From: Amphiscolops sp. MND2022
Taxonomy: Eukaryota
Length of the DNA: 64,000 bases
Direction of reading: 5' to 3'
Assembly (NCBI GenBank): GCA_964187785.1
Contig: OZ076409.1
Coordinates: forward strand, 67,830,001-67,894,000
The number at the start of each line of letters is the position of its first letter. Position 1 is the first letter of the stretch. Under the pieces are notes generated by a model. That model did no database searches. It saw only the letters and a program-made list of their open reading frames with translations, and had not been told where the DNA came from. Of the stretch, positions 24,449-36,446 are shown piece after piece. A program made the position numbers and the translations under genes.

Positions 24449-26399
24449 TGTGGAATTTTTAGATTTTGGCGTTTTAGAAAGATCCCATCATTTTTGCGCG
24501 AAGTACATACGGTAGGCAGAACTATGTTAATCATGTTTTAGACCGCCGGAGTAGTGAAAACAGCTGAACAGGCTGACAATAGCATTCTTCGATATGGCTT
24601 ACTTGGCAAACTAGGTATTTACTTAGTAAACGATAGTTCTTCGGTAGAATTTAAAGTTAGTGAGTGACGTCAGCAATGAAATGACTCGAATCGGCTGCGT
24701 CAGAGTCAATCTCTCAGAGCGAATTTTACTAAGTCCCACTTAAGAGCAAAAATATTCTAAGACACGATATTTGGAAACCGAGGGGGACCAAATCGAAAAA
24801 CCCCCCCAGTCAGGTTTTTCTCAAAGACTATTTATCGTAGAGACCTGAAATTTGGCACACGTATACCTGAGCTGTTATGCTACTGATCTATAAAAACGGA
24901 ACCGAGCCGAGACCCCCCAGTCCCGGGCTATTAGCACCGGAAGCGACCTATGTCGACCCCCCTACGAATTCGTCGGCGAAGCACGGAATAAGTTGTATTA
25001 TATATATAATTGATAGCCCATATGATATTAGGCAGTTTGTGCACATTTTCGGAACCCTACGACGCGTGTAGGAGGAGCACGGGCCCTATGTAAATAAACC
25101 CCGAATGTTATGTAAATAGCCGCCGGATGACCCGAGAATAATGAAACTTACCTAAGATGTTCACCTAGTAACCCTAAGTAATATACATGAAAGATACATT
25201 AATCGGTCCACCACGCGCGGAGTAATGTTTGTTTAAGGCACGCGGGACCGGACGCACGGGCCCGACCGATAAACGATGTTGACTTTGGCTTGTAATATCT
25301 CAAACAAACCGGAATGATTAATGTAGTCGATTATTAACGTGAATGAAACCGTATTTATAACCCAGGCGGGGGTAACCGCCTTAAGTAAACAAACGATACG
25401 CACATCATGTAACTCGAAGACCATCGACCCTAGGACGATATAACTTGGCATGTAGCAACTCTGGATGAGGACGAATAACCTCAAGGTCACTGATGGATCT
25501 CAAGGTCATTGTGGATGCAACCCATGAAAATATAGAGAAACTTACGATAAAACATGTAAATCAGCGCCGTTTGCGTGATAATTTATGCATTTCAGTCAGG
25601 CGGAACGATTCGCGACGTATTGCACCAGGATGATAGAAAAGTACCCCGTACGCGTAGAGAACATGTAAACCATGTAGTTGAAGGTCATTAAACGATTGGC
25701 TCGATATTGGAAATATCTTGGTTGACTTGAATTATTATTGAAATGTGAACTTTGCACAACCATTGTTGAACTATTTGTCGTTGGCGGCGAAGAATGTCTG
25801 GCCGAAACATAACTAGGGAGCTGCCATGCCATAAAAGGAATGGAACTACATGAAGTTAAAAGCATGCAAATAAAAGAGCGACATCGGTATAACAAAAATG
25901 CGGCCGATGAATAAATATCCCAGGGAGGGAAAAAGAGACCGAATTGACTCAGAAGAACGATTACGAAGCTAAGAGTAAGTTGAGCCGCGTGCGGGCAAGA
26001 AACCTACTCGAGATCGAATTTGACTTAACTGCTTTGTGAGAGCAGCGAATAAGTCACAAGTCCGGGACTTGGAAATCTTTGAGTGAATCGTGATTCTGGC
26101 ACAGTCTTGTCGAGTTATTGTATTTAATTCATTCACCTGCTGTGCTATTGTTATTGCTTGGTTGAGTAGTTACGTACTGTGGAAATCTTCGACTTGTATT
26201 ATCCAGATAATTCCTGAATTATAGTATTAATTGCAAGTAACTTTTCTATAGTGTTTTGGAGTCGAAACTTGAGCACCGGAGAGACTTTGTGAAAAGAATA
26301 CGCGATACGTGGACGAAACTTACTCACTAAAAACTAAACCTTTCTGTTAGAATCGAGCCTTTGGGATTTCTCTCCGACCCTCTAGCAAAAATTTCTACA
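24449..26399 (+). repeat. 3' LTR (1951 bp)
   Basis: Near-identical copy of 18083-20032, followed by the TSD caact. Confidence 0.95.
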
Positions 26400-27729
26400 C
26401 AACTTTTGGGACAAGCCTTATGTCTAGGGTTGTAGTAAGGCAATGGTCTCCTGTCAAGGCAACAAAGGCATTATCCCAGCTCTATGTGTACAGCTTTAGC
26501 TTTACGTTACATAACTTCATTCAGTAATGTGAATTGAATGCTCAACATTTGGCACAGATTTTATTAAATTTTGGGTACACTTTGGCTTGCTTCTGTCCGA
26601 ATTTCTTAATTCAAATAACATTCATCATTCACAGAAGCTTTGAAAATTTTTTGGAATCCAAGGAAAATAAACTGACATTCAGAAAACAATGAGCCAAAAT
26701 TGGGTGCAAAAAGGTGGTATGATTTATAATTTTTGATGGGAAATGGGAAAATTACCAAATGTGAGTGATACAATTGAAACCAAATTTTCTGGGAAACAAT
26801 TCGATTTAGCTTGAAAGTCGATTTTGATCGAATGCTCGGAAAGCGTCAACTCTTGCAGTTCTTAGTTCCGAATTCTTTGGTGCCCGAGATAAAACAAAGA
26901 ATGTTCAATTAGTTACGTTTTGATGTTTATTCGGAAGTTTCATGTTCGAACACAAAGATATCGGTATGTGTTTAGACCTTAAATAAACTCGGCTCTTTCG
27001 CAGAAAGTGCGGTAAGTTCACAACAAAGGTTTAGTTCCTATAGTTTTGTGATATCTCTGAAATGCTATTATTTACTTGGCAGTATTCAGGAAACCTTTCA
27101 TGATTTGCTGCTGAACCTACTGTTTGATGAAATTTTGTTTCTTTCTGAACCATAAAATGATCCAATAATGAAGTTTCATACTTAGTTCGTAAGCAAGTAG
27201 CCATCTAAAAGAATTCAAGTCAAGAGAACATTAGGAACTTGAGAGGTCAAGTACTTTGGTGGTGAAACTCGCGTTGTTCGAATATTTTCCAACTTATGAT
27301 TTCATTCAAAAATATTTAGTTTTGTTGCCAACTCGAACTATCCACCGTTTAGTATCCACTCCAAACAGAATTTTTGGCATCACGCTCTAACCAATCTTTC
27401 TTCCAGATTAATAATTGCTCTTATTGCAATAATCTGGTAAAATGGAAATTGGGTGTAATTTTATCGTTTGATGAAGCTCATAAACTTTGTCTTGGAGTAC
27501 CAATAAAACACTCGTTAAAACCTCAAGGATCTCTTTTACAAAACACAGTTATTCCTTAATTGAAATTGCTTGAACTGTTTATTGCCAAGTTTAGATTTCA
27601 CCGACATTTCAAAACAAAGCAGCTCCAGTCAACTAAAAACTGCAACTAAAGTCACCTCATGTGAGTAATTACATCAGTAGAAAAATTCAAGAAAAAATCG
27701 CGAAGACAATGCGATAGAATTGGATAGAA

Positions 27730-28501
27730 TGTAACGGCAAGCAGTTATCGGTCGCTTAACACGTTAACAGAGGTGGAGGAACCTGCAGGAATGGTTGAAT
27801 CGCTCGGGACAGGCGCCCATCGCCACAGATCCATTTTGCCTCCAGGGGTGAAATACGTCCCGGGGCCGCGGGTGCTTCGACGAATACTGTCCAACCGGTC
27901 CTAGTCTTTGATTGCTAATAGTAACGGGCATCTTTCTGACTCTCTAAAGACCACCGCTTAACTAGCATATAAAAACAATGCCAAGAATAAGGTAAATTTC
28001 CAGTTCCAGGGTGACATGTGAATAAGATCTAAAATTGGGGAATAAGATCTAAACTAGCGCTAGCGCTACTGAATACAGCCAAAATCACTGAAAACACATG
28101 AAAACAGGCACGAATATGGCAAACCACACAGCTACAAGCTGGGGCGCAGGGACTCCAAGCACCAAACAAGGATCTTTAGGCGAAAAGACTCATTTTTACG
28201 GTTTCCGCTACATAGGGTAGCATAATGCTGAAAATCGATAAAACCCGTGTTAGCACCTCAAAAAGAGTCTATTTTCGGATGTTCTTGCCGTCTCTGGCTT
28301 CTGTCATGGCGGCGCGCCCGTGTTTTTGCTCGTTCTTGCTCTTTGTTGTCGAAGTACCTGCCAATTTCGTGGAAACAGCGAAAAGAGCAATCACATGCTC
28401 AGTGCCACGTCACACATCGGATTAGAATTTTTGACAAAATTTCTGAACATGTCAAAGTTGCAAAATCGGTTGAAATTGCTGTACCAGAGCTTGCCGTTGC
28501 A
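27730..28501 (-). repeat. 3' LTR of the minus-strand element (772 bp)
   Basis: tgtaacggcaagc...gcttgccgttgca; copy of 35525-36296. Confidence 0.92.
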
Positions 28502-29623
28502 TCACTCCCCGGGCTTTATGCATGATGTCCCTGTCATGCGGAGAGGCTGGCATTGAATACATCGCCACATCATGAGTGCAATCCACGGGGGTCTCAAACT
28601 GGTGATGTTGCAACGGTCCAGTGGCACTGTCATCTTTTGCTGATTGGGCAACCATGAGGTCTTGCTTCTAGCCATCCAGAGAACCTGCATCGTCCAGAAA
28701 CTGTTGAAACAGAACTAGCTCGAGAGCTAGAAAGCCAGTACTCAAAAATGCACCTTGAAATTGATCAAATCCAAGATTCCATACATCAATCAAAAAAGCA
28801 CCACTTTTTTAGCACGAGTTTTCTGCAAAAGTCTGAATAGGATCCTGCTAGCACTTTTATTTTTGGACGTCTAAAATTTCTTTTACGGAGCGCTCACGCT
28901 CCAAAACGCACGTGGTTCTCATCAAAACATCTTTTCCACGGCAATAAAATTTCAGTTTGCAGCACAGTTAAAAGTTCTTTTCGCTAAAACTTCTTTTCAG
29001 CAGTAAAACCACTGTTTAAAAGGAAGACAAGCTGTTTCTTTGATACTTTTTTTAACAGTTCGGTTTGGTTTGGGCAACACGCACTGATGTGCAGCTCCAT
29101 ACCTGTATAGAGTTCAGTAGCATCTGTCAAGGAGCGCATCAGAAGCAAACTACGAACTGCTCGGAAGAGTAAGCACTGGAGTAAAGCAGACAGGTAGATC
29201 AAATCCTGCCATTTGCAGATCAGGAGCGCGCGCGCTCCTTATTTCTCCGGATATCACATTGGAATCTGGAGGAATTTTCTGGGAATCTTGGAAAAAAAAT
29301 AACACCTTTCGGGCGTAGCAATACATGTAGAGTTTTTGGGATATTTATTGAATTAACAGAAGTATTTGAATTCAAACATCTCAAATAAAACTAAAACAAA
29401 AATGTCGCGACGTACGTTTACATGACTACTAAAATTACGAAACAAAGTTGCAGAAAAAACTGCTCCAACAAGAACATCACGCTGCAAGGTATCCATTACC
29501 AAACGTAGTGATATCCTCCGGGCGTTATCCAATTGAGTGGATGAGTGTAGGGGTGTTTGTCTTCAACTGAGGCTCCCCGGGCCTTAGTTGACTCCCCGGG
29601 CCTTAGTCGTTGAGCACCCTCTT

Positions 29624-31000
29624 TCACATGAGGATAGTGAGGAATGGACAAAACTGAATGCCTGACATAAAATTGCAGCAAGGAAAATTAAGCGTTGACG
29701 GCACCTCCTCCCCCTTTGAAAAGAAGTGGAGTGTGGTTTGGACTGGATAGACATCACCATCCAATAGCAGCAGGACGTGCAACAAGCATGAAGCATCAGG
29801 AAATCCGATAAAGAAAACTGTGGAGACTGGGTCTGTCTCAAGACTGGAATAGTTGTTCGGAGGACGGCCACGCCTATGTCCCTTCGGTCGGAGCAACCAT
29901 GGTAGAACTTGGCGTGGTGGACGGCCACGGCGACGTCCATCATAAAGGGACAAGAGAACTTTTTGCCATGAGTGCTCATAGTCTGTGCGCGGTGGTCGAC
30001 CACGTCTATGACCAGTTGGTCGAGTTTTAGCTGAACCACCAGGCAACCAATTGATAAAGACTGGCGGGTCCACCTGAATAAAATCCTGTAGTCCACGTTT
30101 AGCAGAATGTGGCTCCAAGGAGTCTTTCAGCAAATTCGGTAGCAACTTCGTAGTTGATATTAGGGACTTTGTTCCAGGGAAGTGAGAGTTGCTTAAAGAA
30201 TCCTGCGATAAGGAAATGGAGGATGAGATAGATATTCGTTCATTCTTCGTATCACTTGAGTAGAGGTTGCGCTCGCGCAACCCATTATCACCGACGTGAT
30301 ATTCAGGCAAAGTGTCAGCAATACTCATGGTTGTGGAATCCAAAGATATTGGGTCCAAACCCATGTCATTTGTTGGCTGTGTCATTGGTTTTGCTTCGGC
30401 GTCGTTTGAAATGTTGATAGTGGCACTTCTGAGGTGTATTTTCACATCTGCATTTATCGACTCCATTTGTGCTAGCACTCGTGCTAACAATTTCTCCATA
30501 CGTATCTCACTTCGTACCAACGAGATTGATATTTCATCCATCTGCTGCTCCAAGGCCTTTAATTGTTGGTCCTGTTTCTGATAAAACTGAATACTGGCTT
30601 CATGGAGGGAAGATCTTTTAGACGACGATACTAAACTAGGACTGGGAGTCCTTATGCTCCTCTCCGGCTCGGTATCCTGAGAGTTAGATGGCATTGAGTC
30701 TAGAAAATTGGAGACAGGCTTGAAACTATCCTCCAAAGGCCAATCTTCCAAGTTCAAATCCTATAACTTCGTCGATCGGTCATGTTCATCTACCATTTGG
30801 GATTCATTTTGAGGTTGAACATCATGAACATCCATTGGTTGTGCTGAACTGACAGTCCTTCCCCCTTTAAAAAAGGAACGGAGGCGGTGGAAGACTTTCC
30901 AACGTTTCATTTCAGCTTTACAGGCTTCCAACTGCTTGACTAGAACCACCAGTGTACCCAAGTTCAGTGTCAGGGTCAAAGTCAAGAGAATTTCTAGCAA
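29624..31000 (-). CDS. Unknown element-borne protein (coiled coil, Ser-rich, three GxRRGRPP AT-hook-like motifs), split by one in-frame TAG at 30761-30763
   Basis: The 79-aa ORF (31000-30761) and the 377-aa ORF (30757-29624) are in the same frame: ...RSTKL*DLNLEDW.... Heptad-like QDQQLKALEQQMDEISISLVRSEIRMEKLL; RRGRPP occurs three times at 29858-30013. Confidence 0.55.
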
Positions 31001-31949
31001 TCACAGCGTGCTGAGAATTGCTCAACTCTTTGCACGCTGCTCTGTGGGCCAGAACATTTTGCTCTAGAGCAAATTGCTGCAGCCAAGTTGGATAGTGCGC
31101 ACCAAACAGACAGTCGAGCGGTTTGTCGACCTCTCAACCTCAAGAGATTTGGGTATTTTGCAATTACCCAAAAGAGTTCTCTGCAAATTTGGCGTAAAAT
31201 TCGGTGTTGATGCTACTCGATACAGCAGAATAACACCAAAATGAGGCACCAGAGTGTTCAAAAAGGTGTCACACTTGGGCAATCCGGTCAAATTTTTCGT
31301 CACTAGGAAGTTGCTCCTCCCAAAGTCTTGTGATTTTGGCTAAGTCGGAACACTCAGGGTCTCTTTTGGATATCGAAAACCCTGCTCAAGGTAACTCCTA
31401 GAGATCTTCGTTTGGAAAAATGTAGTCCAGAACGCGTCGCAGGCACTTAAAATTGCTGCCTTGAACTGTTCAGGATCAAATTTCAAAGTTCCAGAGGAGT
31501 CCAAAATTTATGACCCCTGCCGGCAATTTTTTTGAACCGTGGGATTTGCCTCGTTTGCACCCAGGAACGTCTACTGGGTCCGTTCCGTTGGAAAATGGAG
31601 GCTTTTTGGGTTTGCCTCCTGTACAGCGGAAGTATTTAAGGTTTACACTGATAGTTTTTCTGGCGTTTTTTGGAATTTTGTTCAAGACGTGTGTCTGAAC
31701 TGAGTCAAAGTCAGTTTTATCAATCGTACTGGGTAAAAAATGACACAGCACGTTTCGTCAGCCGCACAAGTCAGAAAAATAACCTACCGTAGCTGATGAT
31801 TGCCTCCAGCTCCAAGCTAGAGCCTTTTTCAACGATTTTTGGATTTTTCAACTGTTTTCGAAAATCACTCAAATGGCTTGTACAAGTGCTGGAAACGTGG
31901 TATTGGGCTCAAAGTTGATCACGCGATCACACGTACAGCCAGCTACACT

Positions 31950-33750
31950 ACAAAAACAATCAATGAGAATTCAGACCACTGGGCAAGATTTAGATCTGAT
32001 ACTGACGTTCCGGATCACCGTGTCTCGATTAATACGATTTTTCACATGCAATCAGAGACTCTCGTCCACAGTGCTGAGCTCTCGAGCTCACTTTTTTCAG
32101 CAACGGTGCACCAAGTGACACTAATAGGAATAGTCCAGGGCAATGTTATCCCAACTTTCCAATAAGGTGCGCCGACAGTTCCAAAAAATGATCTAATTCG
32201 TTACGATACACAGGATATCACGACTTCAAGTAACAAAATGCTCTGATCCAGCAAGGCAGCCCACTCGATACTGATCAAATATTACACGCACAGCAATGCA
32301 CGAACTACTGGGAGTTCAAACTAGGGGTTTCAACAGGTTTCCAGCACGTAGAAATGGCTTTTTTCCCACTTTCCCAGTTTTCGTCTCGGTGAAACCTCAA
32401 ACTGAAACAATGACCATGCACGTCCGAGAAGAGTCGAAATTAGTTCCAAGGGTTGTAGCGTAATGGAAGGTATACAGCACTTCCGAATTGATGCACTGAC
32501 CCAAAAAGTGAGTCCAGAATCGGGGTATTAGGATCCAGTCACAGGTCAGAAGTTTTCCAGATATTTTTTGGGTTTTTCAGCTTCACTTGAAAAAAAAACT
32601 CCAGAGGCTAGCGCTAACGGTAGAAACGCAGGATCGTCTTCAAAATCAACCACACAAGCTCACGTTTGCTGAGGTACAAGGGAGTACTAGTTGATTTGTG
32701 CTGAGGTGACTAGGTGAAGTTTCAACACAGTACAGACGTTCGATATCACTGTGTTCCAATATGTACTGTTTTTCACGTGTCAACCCAGATTCTGGCGAAC
32801 TGCAAAGAGCGCTCACGCTCGTTATTTCGGCAACAATACGATAAACTTGCACTGGTTACGATAGTGGGCAGCAATTTGGCCCCACTCTTTGAATAAGGTG
32901 TTCAGGCAATCCCACAAGACTTCGTAGAATTCACCTTCTTGCGCACCTTCTTGTGCAGTTTGTTTTAGTCAATTTCTCAACAGATACAGTACCAATTGAC
33001 CCCAAACTTGACAGGCGCTGCCAGTAGGCACCAACCACGCTGTTAGAATAGTGAAACAGACGCTGGTAGGCTTGCAGGGGGTCTCCTCAAGGATTTGGCC
33101 CTCTGCTCGTCTCGGTGAGGACTTAAGAAAATTTATGTTTTTTCAACGTCCAAGATTTTCCAACACACGTTCTAAGGCTCGTAGGCTGTTCAAATTTGCA
33201 CAGCGCTTTCCCACAAGCACACTGGGCCAGAGAATCAATCTGGTTTAGGGCAAAAAGTCTCCAGTCACCCACAGGAATAATTTCAAAGAATTTTTGGATT
33301 TTCCAAAAATCGCACTATAACACTCAAGAGGCTCGTGTGTGCGCTGGAAGCGCTGTAGCAAGCCCAAAATTGACCAGCAGATCTTAAGTACACGTAGCGT
33401 TACGAAAATGAACACAGAATTGAGCTGCACCCCTTCTACACAGTTCCACCTAGGTACAGACGTGCGGTACCACTATGTACCAAAAGACACCGTTTTTCAC
33501 GTCTTTTTCAAGATTGCGGTCCACTGGAAGGAGCTAGCAAGCTCAAATTCTCTGCAGCAACGTAGGAACTAGCACAGGTTACAATGGTGGGCTGCAATAT
33601 AGCCCCACCCGTCGGCTAAGCTGCCCGGGTTACTCGGAAAAATTAAGAAAAAACTGCCTTTTTGCACACCTTTTTGGGTGCCACGTTTTTGCTATTTCCT
33701 CAACAAGTATCACACTGATCGGCACCAAACTTAGTAGTTTATGCCAGTAG
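31950..33750. repeat. About 2.5-3 degenerate tandem units of ~725-730 bp inside the LTR element
   Basis: tac(t/a)gacgt...cac..tgt...gtttttcac motif at 32000, 32731 and 33455; matching downstream blocks at ~32115, ~32845 and ~33568. Confidence 0.6.
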
Positions 33751-35491
33751 GCACCTACAATGCCACTAAAAGGGTCGAATTGAAGCGCGAGCGCTTATTT
33801 GAGGTTTCGACCCACTACGTACGTTGTACACGAAAAAACACTGTTTTTGACGACTTTTTTCACAAATTGACCAAGAGGATCACCTCAGAAAGTGATACGG
33901 CGGGCAAAATGGGACCAACGTGTTGCCCCACTATCCGTAGCACTGGGATAAACCCTCAATTGGTTGTGCCCGTTAGGTATAAGGCACTGACAGTCCTGCA
34001 GTTTTGGATTTTTTCGGTCCTCTTACGCTTCTCTGAAGTCGAAACGTCAGAGAGCTTTTCTCGACTTTGGTGACCGATACGCTCACCAAATTTTCGGCAC
34101 TAACGTTAATTTTGGTGGTGGTTACGAAAAAGCAACCACTTTTTGGCTAGGGTTCAGGAATCGATGACCCGACCCTAGCTCAGAGACAGTCCGGTTTTGT
34201 GGAAAATTGATCGAATTCAGTGCGTTTTTCCACTTTTCTCAGCACTGAATGGGAGTTTTTGCACGCGGTTTTCACCACAATGCGTTATTGTTACTACAAA
34301 AACAGAAAATGAGAGCGCGCAGGCTCCCAGGTCTCGAAAACACTGAGTGCCCCAGAGGTTTTAATGATGCACTCTGGCACTCCTGAAACTGGCCAAAAAT
34401 CGAGGTTTTTCGACCTGTTCTCACCAAGAAAACGTTACAAACTCTCTTAAATCCTTTTTTCGGTACTGTGGAGTGTGCCCCAAACTAATAGCAGCACGGA
34501 AGAGGCAATTACATCACAATCCAGCACTCTCCCAGTGGCATTTCATAGTGGTTTTTTGCCAATTTTGCCGAAAACCGGGTTTTTTCATGCAAAATGTGTT
34601 TCAAAAAGGTCTCCAACGGCCTTTCTGGTTGTCGTTACTTTATGTAGCATAACCCTCGAGGTTTTGGGCTGCTTTCTATTCATTTTTGCAACTGCTGTGG
34701 CTAATACTTCGAGAGCTCGCGCTCGTACCAAGAAAAGTACTCAAAAATGCCAAAAATCACGTTTTTGCGACTTTTGCACTAAAAATTGCGTTTTTTTCAC
34801 TGAAAATAGGTGCAAAAGCACACACTCAGTTGCAACAGGGTAAAATTAGCATGCACAAATGATTCCCCGTCAAAAAATACACAATCTAAAAACTTTTTAA
34901 TACCATACTCCAAAATACCGATTCTTGCGGAATGAGGGGTGGTACCTTCGCCGTCTTTTTTCTCAACAACCAGACCAGCCAGAGAGAAACGGTTTGGACC
35001 GTCGGCAACGTCAGTGTTTGTTCTAGCTTTCCATCAAAAACCATGCTTCTAGCACGTCTCCACGGGAAATGGGAAAGGAGAGTCGGGAACACTCGTTTCA
35101 GCTCATCTATCGGTCAGATGGAACATGGCGCATCCATCAACTGAATACCTCGTACATAGCCATAAACGCTGAAATGAGCTCTAAAACACCTGTTACAACA
35201 TGCGTAACGGCTTTCTAGTGGTTCGCTAAGCCATTACAAAGGTACCCGCTGATGGAAACGTGCAATTTTAGACGATACCTGTCAACAAATACCTGTTATC
35301 AAAACATACCATAGGTATTCGGAAAAATCCCCCGAAATACAAGAAAAATACCAAAATATAACGTCATATCATCTAAAAAATTTGGAAAAACTCTGGGTAA
35401 ACGTCTCCTTCCAGAGTCCAATCGTTCTTGGCGTCCAATACCAGGGGGTCGGAAATTTCAAAACCATATAATAGGGCAGTAATCGGAAGCG

Positions 35492-35509
35492 ATCCCTCTG
35501 TGGTCGCCA
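35492..35509 (-). promoter_or_regulatory. Primer-binding site, tRNA-Arg-like
   Basis: Plus strand atccctctgtggtcgCCA resembles the 3' end of animal tRNA-Arg(TCG); it lies 15 nt from the LTR edge. Confidence 0.65.
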
Positions 35510-35524
35510 AAAAATGAGGTCTCA

Positions 35525-36296
35525 TGTAACGGCAAGCAGTTATCGGTCGCTTAACACGTTAACAGAGGTGGAGGAACCTGCAGGAATGGTTGAATCGCTC
35601 GGGACAGGCGCCCATCGCCACAGATCCATTTTGCCTCCAGGGGTGAAATACGTCCCGGGGCCGCGGGTGCTTCGACGAATACTGTCCAACCGGTCCTAGT
35701 CTTTGATTGCTAATAGTAACGGGCATCTTTCTGACTCTCTAAAGACCACCGCTTAACTAGCATATCAAAACAATGCCAAGAATAAGGTAAATTTCCAGTT
35801 CCAGGGTGACATGTGAATAAGATCTAAAATTGGGGAATAAGATCTAAACTAGCGCTAGCGCTACTGAATACAGCCAAAATCACTGAAAACACATGAAAAC
35901 AGGCACGAATATGGCAAACCACACAGCTACAAGCTGGGGCGCAGGGACTCCAAGCACCAAACAAGGATCTTTAGGCGAAAAGACTCATTTTTACGGTTTC
36001 CGCTACATAGGGTAGCATAATGCTGAAAATCGATAAAACCCGTGTTAGCACCTCAAAAAGAGTCTATTTTCGGATGTTCTTGCCGTCTCTGGCTTCTGTC
36101 ATGGCGGCGCGCCCGTGTTTTTGCTCGTTCTTGCTCTTTGTTGTCGAAGTACCTGCCAATTTCGTGGAAACAGCGAAAAGAGCAATCACATGCTCAGTGC
36201 CACGTCACACATCGGATTAGAATTTTTGACAAAATTTCTGAACATGTCAAAGTTGCAAAATCGGTTGATATTGCTGTACCAGAGCTTGCCGTTACA
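35525..36296 (-). repeat. 5' LTR of the minus-strand element (772 bp)
   Basis: tgtaacggcaagc...gcttgccgttaca, a perfect 13-bp terminal inverted repeat. Confidence 0.92.
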
Positions 36297-36446
36297 GAAC
36301 GTGGTAATTGTTTCACTCAATATTTAATGTGAAAATTGCAGCGTGAAGAAGCGTCAAACAGTTTCATGTAATGCATAATTAAAATTAAATTAAACAAAAT
36401 ACTTGAATGCAGCATGTGGAACATTCCGGCAGATTGAACAAGGTTT

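Larger units (their letters stand above)
18083..26399 (+). mobile_element. Young, structurally intact non-autonomous LTR retrotransposon (gypsy-type Gag-protease-macrodomain; no RT/RNase H/integrase)
   Basis: Paired TG...CA LTRs 18083-20032 and 24449-26399; exact 5-bp TSD caact (18078-18082 and 26400-26404); PBS and PPT present; single long ORF. Confidence 0.95.
27730..36296 (-). mobile_element. Young non-autonomous LTR element (LARD-like) without gag/pol, carrying an unknown coiled-coil/AT-hook-like ORF
   Basis: 772-bp direct repeats 27730-28501 and 35525-36296 with about three differences seen. Minus-strand PBS-like tggcgaccacagagggat and PPT-like ggggag(tga) abutting the distal LTR. TSD imperfect (gaa on both sides). 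Confidence 0.85.
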
